Source of the DNA: Dubosiella newyorkensis | GTDB taxonomy: Bacteria > Bacillota_I > Bacilli_A > Erysipelotrichales > Erysipelotrichaceae | DNA: 32,000 nucleotides | Assembly: GCF_001945605.1 (NCBI RefSeq) | Contig: NZ_MPKA01000060.1 | Location: 1-32,000, forward strand | Direction: 5' to 3' | Shown: piece by piece, positions 23,189 through 31,318 of the stretch | Layout of the letters: each line of letters starts with the position of its first letter | Numbering within the stretch: position 1 is the first letter of the stretch | The notes under the pieces: generated by a model | What the model was told of the DNA's origin: nothing | Database searches by the model: none | The model's input: only the letters and a program-made list of their open reading frames with translations | Made by a program: the position numbers and the translations under genes

Positions 23189-24079
23189 ATGAAGAATGTC
23201 ATAGAATGGATCAAAAAACTCAATAAGAATAAAAAATTCAAGTTGATCATCTCGCTAGGAATGGTGATCATCAGCGCGCTTTTGCAAGTCTATATTCTGC
23301 AAGTGTTCATGGCACCATGCGATCTGATTTCTGGCGGATTTACTGGAATCGCGTTGTTTATGAACAAGGCGCTCAAGCTCATTCACATTGATTTCTCGAC
23401 TTCGCTTGGAATCTTGTTGCTCAATATTCCAGCCGCGCTCTTGTGTGTCAAAGGGATCTCGAAACGCTTTGTTTTTTTGAGCTCTGTACAATTCACGCTC
23501 GTATCGCTCCTATTACAAAGCCTAGAATTCAAACCATTTTTTGATGATATGGTCCTTAATATTTTATTTGGCGGTGTCTTATGGGGCTTTTCGATCTCGC
23601 TTGCCTTGCGGGCTGGGGGATCGACGGGAGGAACCGACTTTATCGCGCAATATGTTTCCAACAAGATCCATAAAGGGATCTGGGATTATGTCTTTTATTT
23701 CAACTGCGTCATGTATGTTTGTTATGGATTTATGTTCGGATGGATCCATGCCGGATATTCGATCATCTTTCAGTTTTTATCGACAAAGACGATCTCATCG
23801 CTCTATCAACGATACGAACAAATGACGATCGAGTTCACGACTTCGCATCCGCAAAAAGTCATCGACGCCTTCATGCTCTCGTGTCGACATGGGATGAGCG
23901 TGATTGAAGCGTATGGAGCGTATTCGAATAAAAAGTTTTACATCTGCAAGACTGTCGTCAACTCCTATCAAGCGCGTGATGTGATCGAAGTCGTGCGTCA
24001 AGCCGATCCTAAAGTCATCGTCAATACGTATAAAACAGCCAACTTTTACGGCAACTTTTATCAACCGCCTCTCGATTAA
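23189..24079 (+). CDS. YitT-family membrane protein (N-terminal membrane domain plus C-terminal DUF2179-like domain)
   Basis: 296 aa with the ISGGFTGIALF motif, about 5 TM segments and a soluble C-terminal domain (SVIEAYGAYS...VIVNTYKTANFYGNFY). Confidence 0.8.
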   Translation: MKNVIEWIKKLNKNKKFKLIISLGMVIISALLQVYILQVFMAPCDLISGGFTGIALFMNKALKLIHIDFSTSLGILLLNIPAALLCVKGISKRFVFLSSVQFTLVSLLLQSLEFKPFFDDMVLNILFGGVLWGFSISLALRAGGSTGGTDFIAQYVSNKIHKGIWDYVFYFNCVMYVCYGFMFGWIHAGYSIIFQFLSTKTISSLYQRYEQMTIEFTTSHPQKVIDAFMLSCRHGMSVIEAYGAYSNKKFYICKTVVNSYQARDVIEVVRQADPKVIVNTYKTANFYGNFYQPPLD

Positions 24080-24101
24080 AAAAAAGAGCGCGAGCGCTCT
24101 T
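24076..24101 (-). terminator. Terminator of the minus-strand permease gene at the convergent junction
   Basis: AAGAGCGC (24084-24091) / GCGCTCTT (24094-24101). On the minus strand the hairpin is followed by T8. On the plus strand no U-tract follows. Confidence 0.6.
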
Positions 24102-24984
24102 AGAAAAATAGAGAAGCGATCATACCGCTTAGAACAGCGATGATCCATAAGATCAAGGCGATCGTCAAGATCGTCTTTTTCTTTTCCCCATATTGGAACA
24201 AGACTAGAAAACCAAGACCAGCATTCGTGATCAAGCCAGCAAGAAGCGAGCCAAAACTCAATTGACCTAGCGCGAAAAGCTGACATAATACAACAGTCGC
24301 CGCACAGTTTGGAATGAAGCCAAAAATCGACGCGAGAATCGGCTGCCATATGCTGTTTGTCAATAAGAACTTGGATAAGGTCGCCTCGCCGACGACATGA
24401 ATCAAGATCGTAAAGACGAAAGTGACGATAAAGATAAAGAGATAGATTTTCACGCTCCGAATGAGCGCCGAGAGCCAAAGTGGATATTGCGGATAGCAAC
24501 AAGGACAGCTCGATGCCGCCTGTTCATCCTCATCCCATTCCTCATCCTCTTCTTCCTCCATATCTTCAAAGCGTGCGATCTTTTGATGCTTGAAAATCAA
24601 ACGATCCACAAAATAACCGGCAATGATCGCGATCAAGAACTTGCACACCAAGAGCAAACCGAGCGTTCCAAATAAGCGGGGCTCGGAAAGCAGGATTGGG
24701 ATCGCTTCATCGCTGGTCGCGATAAAGACAGCCAATAAAGTCCCGATCGTAATGTTGTTCTGGACAAAAAGCATCGCCGCTAAGATCGAAAAGCCGCATT
24801 GCGGGATCAAGCCGATCAGAGCCCCGATCAAAGGACCATACTTTTGTAGAGCGAAAAACAAAGAATCGTCTTGATTGTCCTTTCGCTCGAAATACTCAAT
24901 GATGCAATAGGCAATATATAATAATGGGAGCATGAGCCATGTGTCTTCAAAAGCATGATGCACCCCTTCTAGAATAAGTTCCAA
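24100..24984 (-). CDS. Putative 10-TM metal permease (ArsP_2 / PF11449-like)
   Basis: 294 aa with the motifs GLIPQCGFS and FIATSDEAIPILL and a repeated second half (GFIPNCAATVV). The central loop is EDMEEEEDEEWDEDEQAASSCPCCYP. TTG start behind SD GGAGG. Family assignment is from memory. Confidence 0.65.
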   Translation of the reverse strand: MELILEGVHHAFEDTWLMLPLLYIAYCIIEYFERKDNQDDSLFFALQKYGPLIGALIGLIPQCGFSILAAMLFVQNNITIGTLLAVFIATSDEAIPILLSEPRLFGTLGLLLVCKFLIAIIAGYFVDRLIFKHQKIARFEDMEEEEDEEWDEDEQAASSCPCCYPQYPLWLSALIRSVKIYLFIFIVTFVFTILIHVVGEATLSKFLLTNSIWQPILASIFGFIPNCAATVVLCQLFALGQLSFGSLLAGLITNAGLGFLVLFQYGEKKKTILTIALILWIIAVLSGMIASLFF

Positions 24985-25024
24985 GATATCCCTCCTCGTG
25001 CCAATTTTAGAGGCTCAAAGCCAA

Positions 25025-25052
25025 AAAAGCAAAAAAGAAGCTTTCGCTTCTT
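25025..25052 (-). terminator. Rho-independent terminator after the AI-2E transporter gene
   Basis: On the minus strand: AAGAAGC GAAA GCTTCTT followed by a T-run (complement of 25026-25036). Confidence 0.6.
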
Positions 25053-26210
25053 CTATTCGATAATCCCTGTTTCATCGTTGATTTCAATGTTTTTCTTTTC
25101 TAGCATGATCTGGGAGAGGTCTTTTAATGACGCATACAGCAAAGCGAAGATCGGAACCCCTAAGAACATGCCGATCACGCCAAAAAGCGAACCCCCGATC
25201 GTGACTGAAAACAAGATCCAGAATCCGGAAATGCCAAGTTTATCCCCTAAGATCACTGGCTTGAGGATATTGCCATCGATCTGTTGCAGTACCAAAATGA
25301 AGATCGCGAAGATCAGGGATTGCCACGGGTTGATCAGCAACAAGATCACGATCACCGGGATCGCTCCTAAAAATGGGCCAAAGATCGGAATGACATTGGT
25401 CACCCCTACGATAAAGCCGATCATCGGCGCATACGGAAAGCGCAGCAAAAGCATCACAAAATAACAGACGATCCCAACGATAAAGGAATCGAGCAAATTG
25501 CCGACGATATATTGCTCGAATACAGTTTTGGCGTCATGAGAAAACAAGGTCAAATAGTTGGCGATCTCTTTGGAAAAGATCGAGTAGTTGATCTTCTTGA
25601 CAGCGCGGACGAGCGATTCTTTATCGAGCAAGATATAGAAAGCGGCCGCGATCGCGATGATGATATTCATGAGTTCTTTCACGAAACCAAACGAGAAATC
25701 GGCGATCTTCGGGATATAGTTCTTGATCCAAACGGAAATGCTTGGCAGCAAGTCGAGCTCGCTGAACCATTGTTCGATCGTTTCGGTCGAGATCTGTAAG
25801 TTTTTCGCTAAAAGCTCTAAATACGATTGGAGCGTGCTCGAATACTCTTGCACATTGCCCATGAATGTTTTAAGCGAATCGACAAGAGAAGGAACGACCA
25901 TGCTCACGACCAATACGAACAAGCCGATCGCTAAAACGAAGATCACGATCTCCGATAAGATCCGCTTCGCGCTCGTTGGCAGCTTTGTTTTTCCCAGCAC
26001 TTTTTCTTCAAAAGTCATAACGGGCTGATTTAATATAAAGGCGATCGCAAACCCAAGGATAAAAGGAAATAAAATATGAAAAAGCCGGCCGATGATCGAA
26101 AGGACACCATCAAAGCGGCTGATCAAAACAAACACGAGGATCGCGATCACAAGAGATGAAGAATACACGATGATCTTTCGGCGCATCTCTTTGGTGACTT
26201 CTATATGCAT
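25053..26210 (-). CDS. AI-2E family transporter (PerM/YdiK/UPF0118-like permease)
   Basis: About 385 aa, multi-TM, with the conserved GVTNVIPIFGPFLGAIPV segment. The start is placed at ATG 26210, behind GGAGG. The ORF-track start at 26222 is a GTG inside the SD. Confidence 0.85.
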   Translation of the reverse strand: MHIEVTKEMRRKIIVYSSSLVIAILVFVLISRFDGVLSIIGRLFHILFPFILGFAIAFILNQPVMTFEEKVLGKTKLPTSAKRILSEIVIFVLAIGLFVLVVSMVVPSLVDSLKTFMGNVQEYSSTLQSYLELLAKNLQISTETIEQWFSELDLLPSISVWIKNYIPKIADFSFGFVKELMNIIIAIAAAFYILLDKESLVRAVKKINYSIFSKEIANYLTLFSHDAKTVFEQYIVGNLLDSFIVGIVCYFVMLLLRFPYAPMIGFIVGVTNVIPIFGPFLGAIPVIVILLLINPWQSLIFAIFILVLQQIDGNILKPVILGDKLGISGFWILFSVTIGGSLFGVIGMFLGVPIFALLYASLKDLSQIMLEKKNIEINDETGIIE

Positions 26211-26307
26211 TTTAACCTCCACTTCTTTCCAAAATATAGTAGCATATTTTTTCGAAGAATGAACATTACGGACAATGGGATAGAAAAAAAGAATAAAACA
26301 AGCTACA

Positions 26308-27063
26308 ATGCAAAGTATGGAAGCTATTTATCAAGGAACGATCTCATGCAAAGCGATCATTGAAGAAGCCAAAAGCGAACCGATCGCCCTCTATGTCGAT
26401 CCTCTTAAAAAAACAAAAGATATCGCCTACATCATCGCCATCGCCAAACAAAAAAAGATTCCCGTCCTCTATAAAACAAGAAAAGAGCTCGATGCGCTCG
26501 CCTCTTCAAAGAGCCATGGCGGCATCGTTTTGAAAGCCAGGCCAAGAAGTTTACCTACGCTTTCAACACTTTCAAAAAAAGAAGGCATGCTTTTTTATGT
26601 AGAAGGAGTCGAAGATCCTTATAATCTAGGCAGTATTTGCCGAACGCTGTATGCAGCGGGCTGCAATCTGCTTATCCTGCCAAAACGCGATTGGACTAAC
26701 GCCTATAGTACGATCTTAAAAGCAAGCGCTGGCGCATTTGAGCGATTAGAGATCGCGATGGCTAGCGAAAAAGAAGTCGTCGCTTATTTGCAGGAGCACC
26801 AAATTCCTTTATATTGCGCCTATCGGAACAATGCCCTTTCGATGGCTTCGTTCAGCTATGAAAAAACGAACTGTATCGCAATCGGTGGCGCGCTTCGCGG
26901 CCTTTCTAGGACGATCTTAGAAGCGAGCGATCAAAATTTATATATTGAATATGGACGGGAGTTCCGCAATGCTTTAGATAGCGCAAGCGCCGTAGCCGTA
27001 TTCGCTTTCGATGAATTGAGCAAGGAGAAAAAAAATGAGAACCAATCAAGAAAAACTAGTTAA
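26308..27063 (+). CDS. SPOUT (TrmH/SpoU) family RNA 2'-O-methyltransferase, divergent
   Basis: SPOUT motif 1 VEDPYNLGSICRTLYAAG and a C-terminal knot region IAIGGALRGLS...ALDSASAVAVFAF. The start is ambiguous (ATG 26308 or 26317) and neither has an SD. Confidence 0.75.
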   Translation: MQSMEAIYQGTISCKAIIEEAKSEPIALYVDPLKKTKDIAYIIAIAKQKKIPVLYKTRKELDALASSKSHGGIVLKARPRSLPTLSTLSKKEGMLFYVEGVEDPYNLGSICRTLYAAGCNLLILPKRDWTNAYSTILKASAGAFERLEIAMASEKEVVAYLQEHQIPLYCAYRNNALSMASFSYEKTNCIAIGGALRGLSRTILEASDQNLYIEYGREFRNALDSASAVAVFAFDELSKEKKNENQSRKTS

Positions 27064-27886
27064 GATCGCAGTGTCTGGCACAGTCGATCATCCTCGTATC
27101 GGAGGGTATCGAGTTGGATACGATGGAAAAGGAAGGATCCCGATCGGAACAGGCGGGATCGTCTATTCGCATGCGATCGGCGATTCTTGCATGGATGTCG
27201 TTGGCGATCATATCGAACCTGGCATCTCTTTAGCCAATCCAAGTCCGAAAGAAAACCACGCCTTGGAGACTTTCGCTTGTCTAGGTAATGAAGTCAAAGT
27301 GCTCAGCGGCCCAAAAAAAGGAGAAAAAGGCTATGTGACTGGCACGCATGGAGGAATCGATCATACGATGGTCTACTTTCCAAAGGAAGTGCTGGAGGAA
27401 ATGGATGGCAATGAAACCTTTTTAGTCAAGGCTTTCGGACAAGGTTTGAAGCTTCTCGACTACCCTAGCATCTATATGATGAATATCGATCCGAATCTGC
27501 TTGAAAAAATGCCGATCCAAGAACGAGAGGATCATATCGTTTGGCCAGTGGTCACGATCGTGCCTGCGTATTTGATGGGCTCTGGTCTAGGCTCTTCGAC
27601 ATTGATGGAAGGCGATTACGATATCATGACCCAGGATCCTAAAGCCAATGAACGCTTTGGATTAAACGATCTGCGCTTTGGCGATTTTGTCGCGATCCAG
27701 GATCATGACTGCACCTATGGACCAAACTATCAAGAAGGCGCTGTGAGCATCGGCGTGATCGTTCATTCCGATTCCTTTACGAGCGGACATGGACCTGGGG
27801 TGATGGTTGTCGCCACAAGCAAAGAGGGAAAGATCGAGCCGATCATCGATCACGAAGCCAACTTAAAGAAGTATATGGAACAATAA
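27035..27886 (+). CDS. DUF4438-like protein of unknown function
   Basis: 283 aa. The length and N-terminal pattern (LVKIAVSGTVDHP...GGIVYSHAIGDSCMDVVGDHIEPGIS) match my recollection of PF14505. SD AAGGAG lies 7 nt upstream. It overlaps the methyltransferase gene by 29 nt. Confidence 0.6.
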   Translation: MRTNQEKLVKIAVSGTVDHPRIGGYRVGYDGKGRIPIGTGGIVYSHAIGDSCMDVVGDHIEPGISLANPSPKENHALETFACLGNEVKVLSGPKKGEKGYVTGTHGGIDHTMVYFPKEVLEEMDGNETFLVKAFGQGLKLLDYPSIYMMNIDPNLLEKMPIQEREDHIVWPVVTIVPAYLMGSGLGSSTLMEGDYDIMTQDPKANERFGLNDLRFGDFVAIQDHDCTYGPNYQEGAVSIGVIVHSDSFTSGHGPGVMVVATSKEGKIEPIIDHEANLKKYMEQ

Positions 27887-27914
27887 GCATTCATTCTCTA
27901 CGTGAATGCTTTTT
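27886..27914 (+). terminator. Rho-independent terminator after the DUF4438-like gene
   Basis: AGCATTCA (27886-27893) / TGAATGCT (27903-27910) followed by TTTT. Confidence 0.65.
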
Positions 27915-27941
27915 GCTTGTCGAGTGTTGTATAATAAAAAC

Positions 27942-30062
27942 ATGCCTTTTATCCAAGTATATGTAGAACCACTCGCTCTATCTTTGAATCAAATGTTCAC
28001 CTATCATTCCAAAGAAAAATTAGAGCGAGGAATACGAGTCAAAGTTGAATTCAATCATAAAGAAATGGTGGCGATCGTCATGGGCGAATGCGAGAAGCCC
28101 ACGGACTTTCAAGCCAAAGAGATCTTGGAAGTTCTTGATGAAAAACCGCTTTTGAACGACGAGCTCTTCGAACTCGCCGAATATATGAGCAATACGTATG
28201 TCGCCAGCAAAATGAGCTGCTTCAAAACGATGCTGCCTCCCTCTTTACGTGTTCAATCCAAAACAAAGCCGATCATCATGGAAGAATGGTTTGAACAAGG
28301 AGAAGGGATGTCTTCTTTAACACCAAAAGCCAAAGAACTCTTTGAAAAACTGCAGCCGATGCTTCCGATGCGCTCTTCTCTTTTCCGCAAACAAGCCAAG
28401 ACCCATACGAAGCAGCTTTTAGAAAAAGGCTATATTCGCTCCATCAAGCGCGAAAAACAAGAAGAGATCGCCTCGGATTATGAAGAAGATCGACCTCCGA
28501 TCTTAAGCGAGGATCAAGAAAAAGCGATCGAAACGATCAGAAACGAAGAAAATAGCACGTTCCTTCTTCACGGCGTGACAGGCTCAGGAAAAACGGAAGT
28601 TTTTTTACAGCTGGCCAAAGAGACGATCGAGCAAGGCAAGCAAGTGCTCTTTCTCGTTCCGGAAATCGGATTGACGCCATTGATGATCCAACGCGTCAAA
28701 GCCCGCTTCCAACAAAAGATCGCGATTTATCATTCTCAACTTAGCGCCTCCGAAAAATATCAGCAATACCAAATGGTCAAAAACAAGGAAGTGCAGATCG
28801 TTGTCGGGACCCGCTCGGCCTGTTTCATGCCCTTTCATGATCTAGGCCTCATCTTGATGGATGAAGAACACGATACAAGCTATAAACAAGACGCGATGCC
28901 AAAATACCATACCCGAGATATCGCCTTGTTTCGCAGCGCCTACCATCACTGCAAACTCGTTTTAGCAAGCGCCACCCCTTCGCTCGAATCGTATGCAAGA
29001 GCATATAAAGGTCTTTATACGCTTGTCGAATTAAAAAGAAGGATTGCTAAATCGATGCCAAAGATCGAGCTGGTCGATCTAAGGGAAGGCGAGGTAGAGG
29101 GTGGTCTTTCAAAGAACTTGCTCGATAAGATCCAAGATAGGCTCGCAAAAAAAGAACAAACGATCCTTTTGCTCAATCGAAGAGGCTATTTGCCGGTGAT
29201 GAAATGCAGAAAATGCGAAGAGACGATCCTTTGTCCAGATTGTGGAATCGCCCTCTCGTATCATCGAAGCGAGAACACGCTAGTATGTCATTGTTGTGGA
29301 AATACATATCCTAACACGAACACATGCCCGAAGTGCGGCTCTCACGATTTTTATCAACATGGCATGGGAACAGAGAAGCTGGAAGGATCGATCCAAACCA
29401 AGTTTCCGGAAGCCAAGATCGTTCGCATGGATGCCGATACGACCCGTAAAAAAAACGCCCATCAAAAACTTTTGAAAGCGTTTGAAGAAGAGGGGGATAT
29501 CTTGATTGGTACGCAAATGGTCGCCAAAGGCTTAGATTTTCCGAATGTCACGCTTGTTGGGATCCTGCAAGCCGATGCTGGACTTGTCAGAAGCGATTAT
29601 CGAGCCAATGAAACGACGTATGAGATGCTCGAGCAAGCCTCTGGAAGAGCGGGAAGAGCCGATAAAGAAGGGGAAGTGCTTATTCAGACGTTCGATCGCT
29701 CGCACTATGTCATGGAAAGCGTGCTCAACCATGATTATCGGAAGTTTTTTCAAACCGAAATGCAGTACCGGCATCTAGGAAACTATCCACCCTTTACCTA
29801 TATGGCAACATTGATTTTTTCTCACGCAGAACTTTCTCAAGCGCTTTTCGAGGCAAGGAAAGTCAAAGACGAGCTCAAAGAGCAACGGGTGCTCGGGCCG
29901 ATCGAAATTTCGATGCGGCAGAAAAAAAAGCGCGTTCGTCTGCTTCTCAAAGACAAAAGTCAAGAACACTTGGAAACGACGATCTGGGCTTTGGCCCATC
30001 GTTATAAATCGAACGCTGTCAAACTCGAGATCAATATGCATCCATTGATGCTGGAGGAGTGA
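27942..30062 (+). CDS. priA: Primosomal protein N' (replication restart helicase PriA)
   Basis: Walker A GVTGSGKTE, DEEH box and a double zinc-finger insertion (CRKCEETILCPDCG...CHCCG...CPKCGS). The N-terminus MPFIQVYVEP resembles known PriA starts. The 12 upstream codons in the ORF track lie in the preceding terminator. Confidence 0.9.
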   Translation: MPFIQVYVEPLALSLNQMFTYHSKEKLERGIRVKVEFNHKEMVAIVMGECEKPTDFQAKEILEVLDEKPLLNDELFELAEYMSNTYVASKMSCFKTMLPPSLRVQSKTKPIIMEEWFEQGEGMSSLTPKAKELFEKLQPMLPMRSSLFRKQAKTHTKQLLEKGYIRSIKREKQEEIASDYEEDRPPILSEDQEKAIETIRNEENSTFLLHGVTGSGKTEVFLQLAKETIEQGKQVLFLVPEIGLTPLMIQRVKARFQQKIAIYHSQLSASEKYQQYQMVKNKEVQIVVGTRSACFMPFHDLGLILMDEEHDTSYKQDAMPKYHTRDIALFRSAYHHCKLVLASATPSLESYARAYKGLYTLVELKRRIAKSMPKIELVDLREGEVEGGLSKNLLDKIQDRLAKKEQTILLLNRRGYLPVMKCRKCEETILCPDCGIALSYHRSENTLVCHCCGNTYPNTNTCPKCGSHDFYQHGMGTEKLEGSIQTKFPEAKIVRMDADTTRKKNAHQKLLKAFEEEGDILIGTQMVAKGLDFPNVTLVGILQADAGLVRSDYRANETTYEMLEQASGRAGRADKEGEVLIQTFDRSHYVMESVLNHDYRKFFQTEMQYRHLGNYPPFTYMATLIFSHAELSQALFEARKVKDELKEQRVLGPIEISMRQKKKRVRLLLKDKSQEHLETTIWALAHRYKSNAVKLEINMHPLMLEE

Positions 30063-30067
30063 TGATC

Positions 30068-31318
30068 ATGGTTAGAAAATGGATCTTGAACGCATTGTAC
30101 GCTGTTATCTTTGAACACGCGTATTCCAATCTCTATCTCAAACAAAATTTACATCAAGTCAAAGAAAAAGACCGCAAACTAGCGACCCAGATCTTCTATG
30201 GAACGCTGCAGAACTACCGCTATTGTGAAGCCATCTGGAAGCAGCACGCCAACACGAAGCAAAAAGTGCCTCTCAAGATCAAGATTCTTTTAACAATGTC
30301 GGTCTATCAGATGCTCTTTTTAAAAAAAGTTCCTTCGTATGCGATCATCGATGAAGCCGTCGAGATCGCTAAACAAACAAAAGTCCATACAGCCGGTTTT
30401 GTCAACGCGATCTTAAGGAAGGTCGAAAAGGATCCAAGCCTTCCAGAACAGGATCCTCAACATTCGCTCGCTCTTCGCTATTCGCTGCCGGATTGGCTTA
30501 TCAAGATGTGGATCCACCAATATGGCGAGCAAAAAACAGAAGAGATCGCGAAAGCCTCCAACGCTTCGCTTCCCTTGAGTATCCGACGGAATTTGATCGA
30601 TACTAGCGAAGATGAGATTCGCTCGCTTTCTGTGATGGAGCTTCTTCAAGACCCCATCTATCTCTATTCGGGTGGCGCGATCTATGAAAACCCTTACTAT
30701 AGCCAAGGAAAGATCTCGATCCAAGACGCAGGCGCGTATGAGATCGTGCGCTTTCTCGATCCGCAAAAAGAAGAGCGGATCTTGGATACGTGCGCTGCGC
30801 CAGGAACAAAGACGATGGCAATCGCTGAGAGGATCGAAGGAATAGGAGAGATCACGGCTTTGGATCTGCATGCCCATCGAGTCCAGCTGATCGAAAACGA
30901 TATCGAACGGCTGCATCTTCATAATGTGATCGCCCAACAACAAGACGCGAGCGATCTAGAAGGTTTTGGCTTGTATGATCGGGTGCTTTGCGATGTGCCA
31001 TGTTCTGGTTATGGTACGCTTTCAAGAAAACCAGATATCAAACTGGAGATGAAGCCGGAAGACATGGATTCTTTGATCCCGCTCCAATACAAGATCCTAG
31101 AAGAAGGCGCGAAACACGTCAAATACGACGGGATTCTTGTGTATTCGACATGCACTTTGAACAAAAAAGAAAATGAAAAACAAATCGAGCGCTTTTTGAA
31201 GGCGCACAACGATTTTGAAAAGGTCGATGAGAAAACACTGTTTCCAACATCGATCCATAATGGATTTTATATGGCCAAATTAAAAAGGAAGGAAGACGTT
31301 CATGAAAAGCATCTATGA
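30068..31318 (+). CDS. rsmB: 16S rRNA (cytosine-C5)-methyltransferase RsmB/Sun
   Basis: NusB-like N-terminal domain, SAM-binding motif DTCAAPGTKT and catalytic motifs DVPCSG and YSTCT. The start is ambiguous (GTG 30059, ATG 30062 or ATG 30068); 30068 has the best SD spacing. Confidence 0.85.
   Translation: MVRKWILNALYAVIFEHAYSNLYLKQNLHQVKEKDRKLATQIFYGTLQNYRYCEAIWKQHANTKQKVPLKIKILLTMSVYQMLFLKKVPSYAIIDEAVEIAKQTKVHTAGFVNAILRKVEKDPSLPEQDPQHSLALRYSLPDWLIKMWIHQYGEQKTEEIAKASNASLPLSIRRNLIDTSEDEIRSLSVMELLQDPIYLYSGGAIYENPYYSQGKISIQDAGAYEIVRFLDPQKEERILDTCAAPGTKTMAIAERIEGIGEITALDLHAHRVQLIENDIERLHLHNVIAQQQDASDLEGFGLYDRVLCDVPCSGYGTLSRKPDIKLEMKPEDMDSLIPLQYKILEEGAKHVKYDGILVYSTCTLNKKENEKQIERFLKAHNDFEKVDEKTLFPTSIHNGFYMAKLKRKEDVHEKHL

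Noticed and set aside
23795-24502. 235-aa minus-strand ORF spanning the convergent YitT / permease junction
   Set aside because: It crosses the intergenic terminator and overlaps two genes with good membrane-protein signatures in other frames, so I treat it as an artefact.
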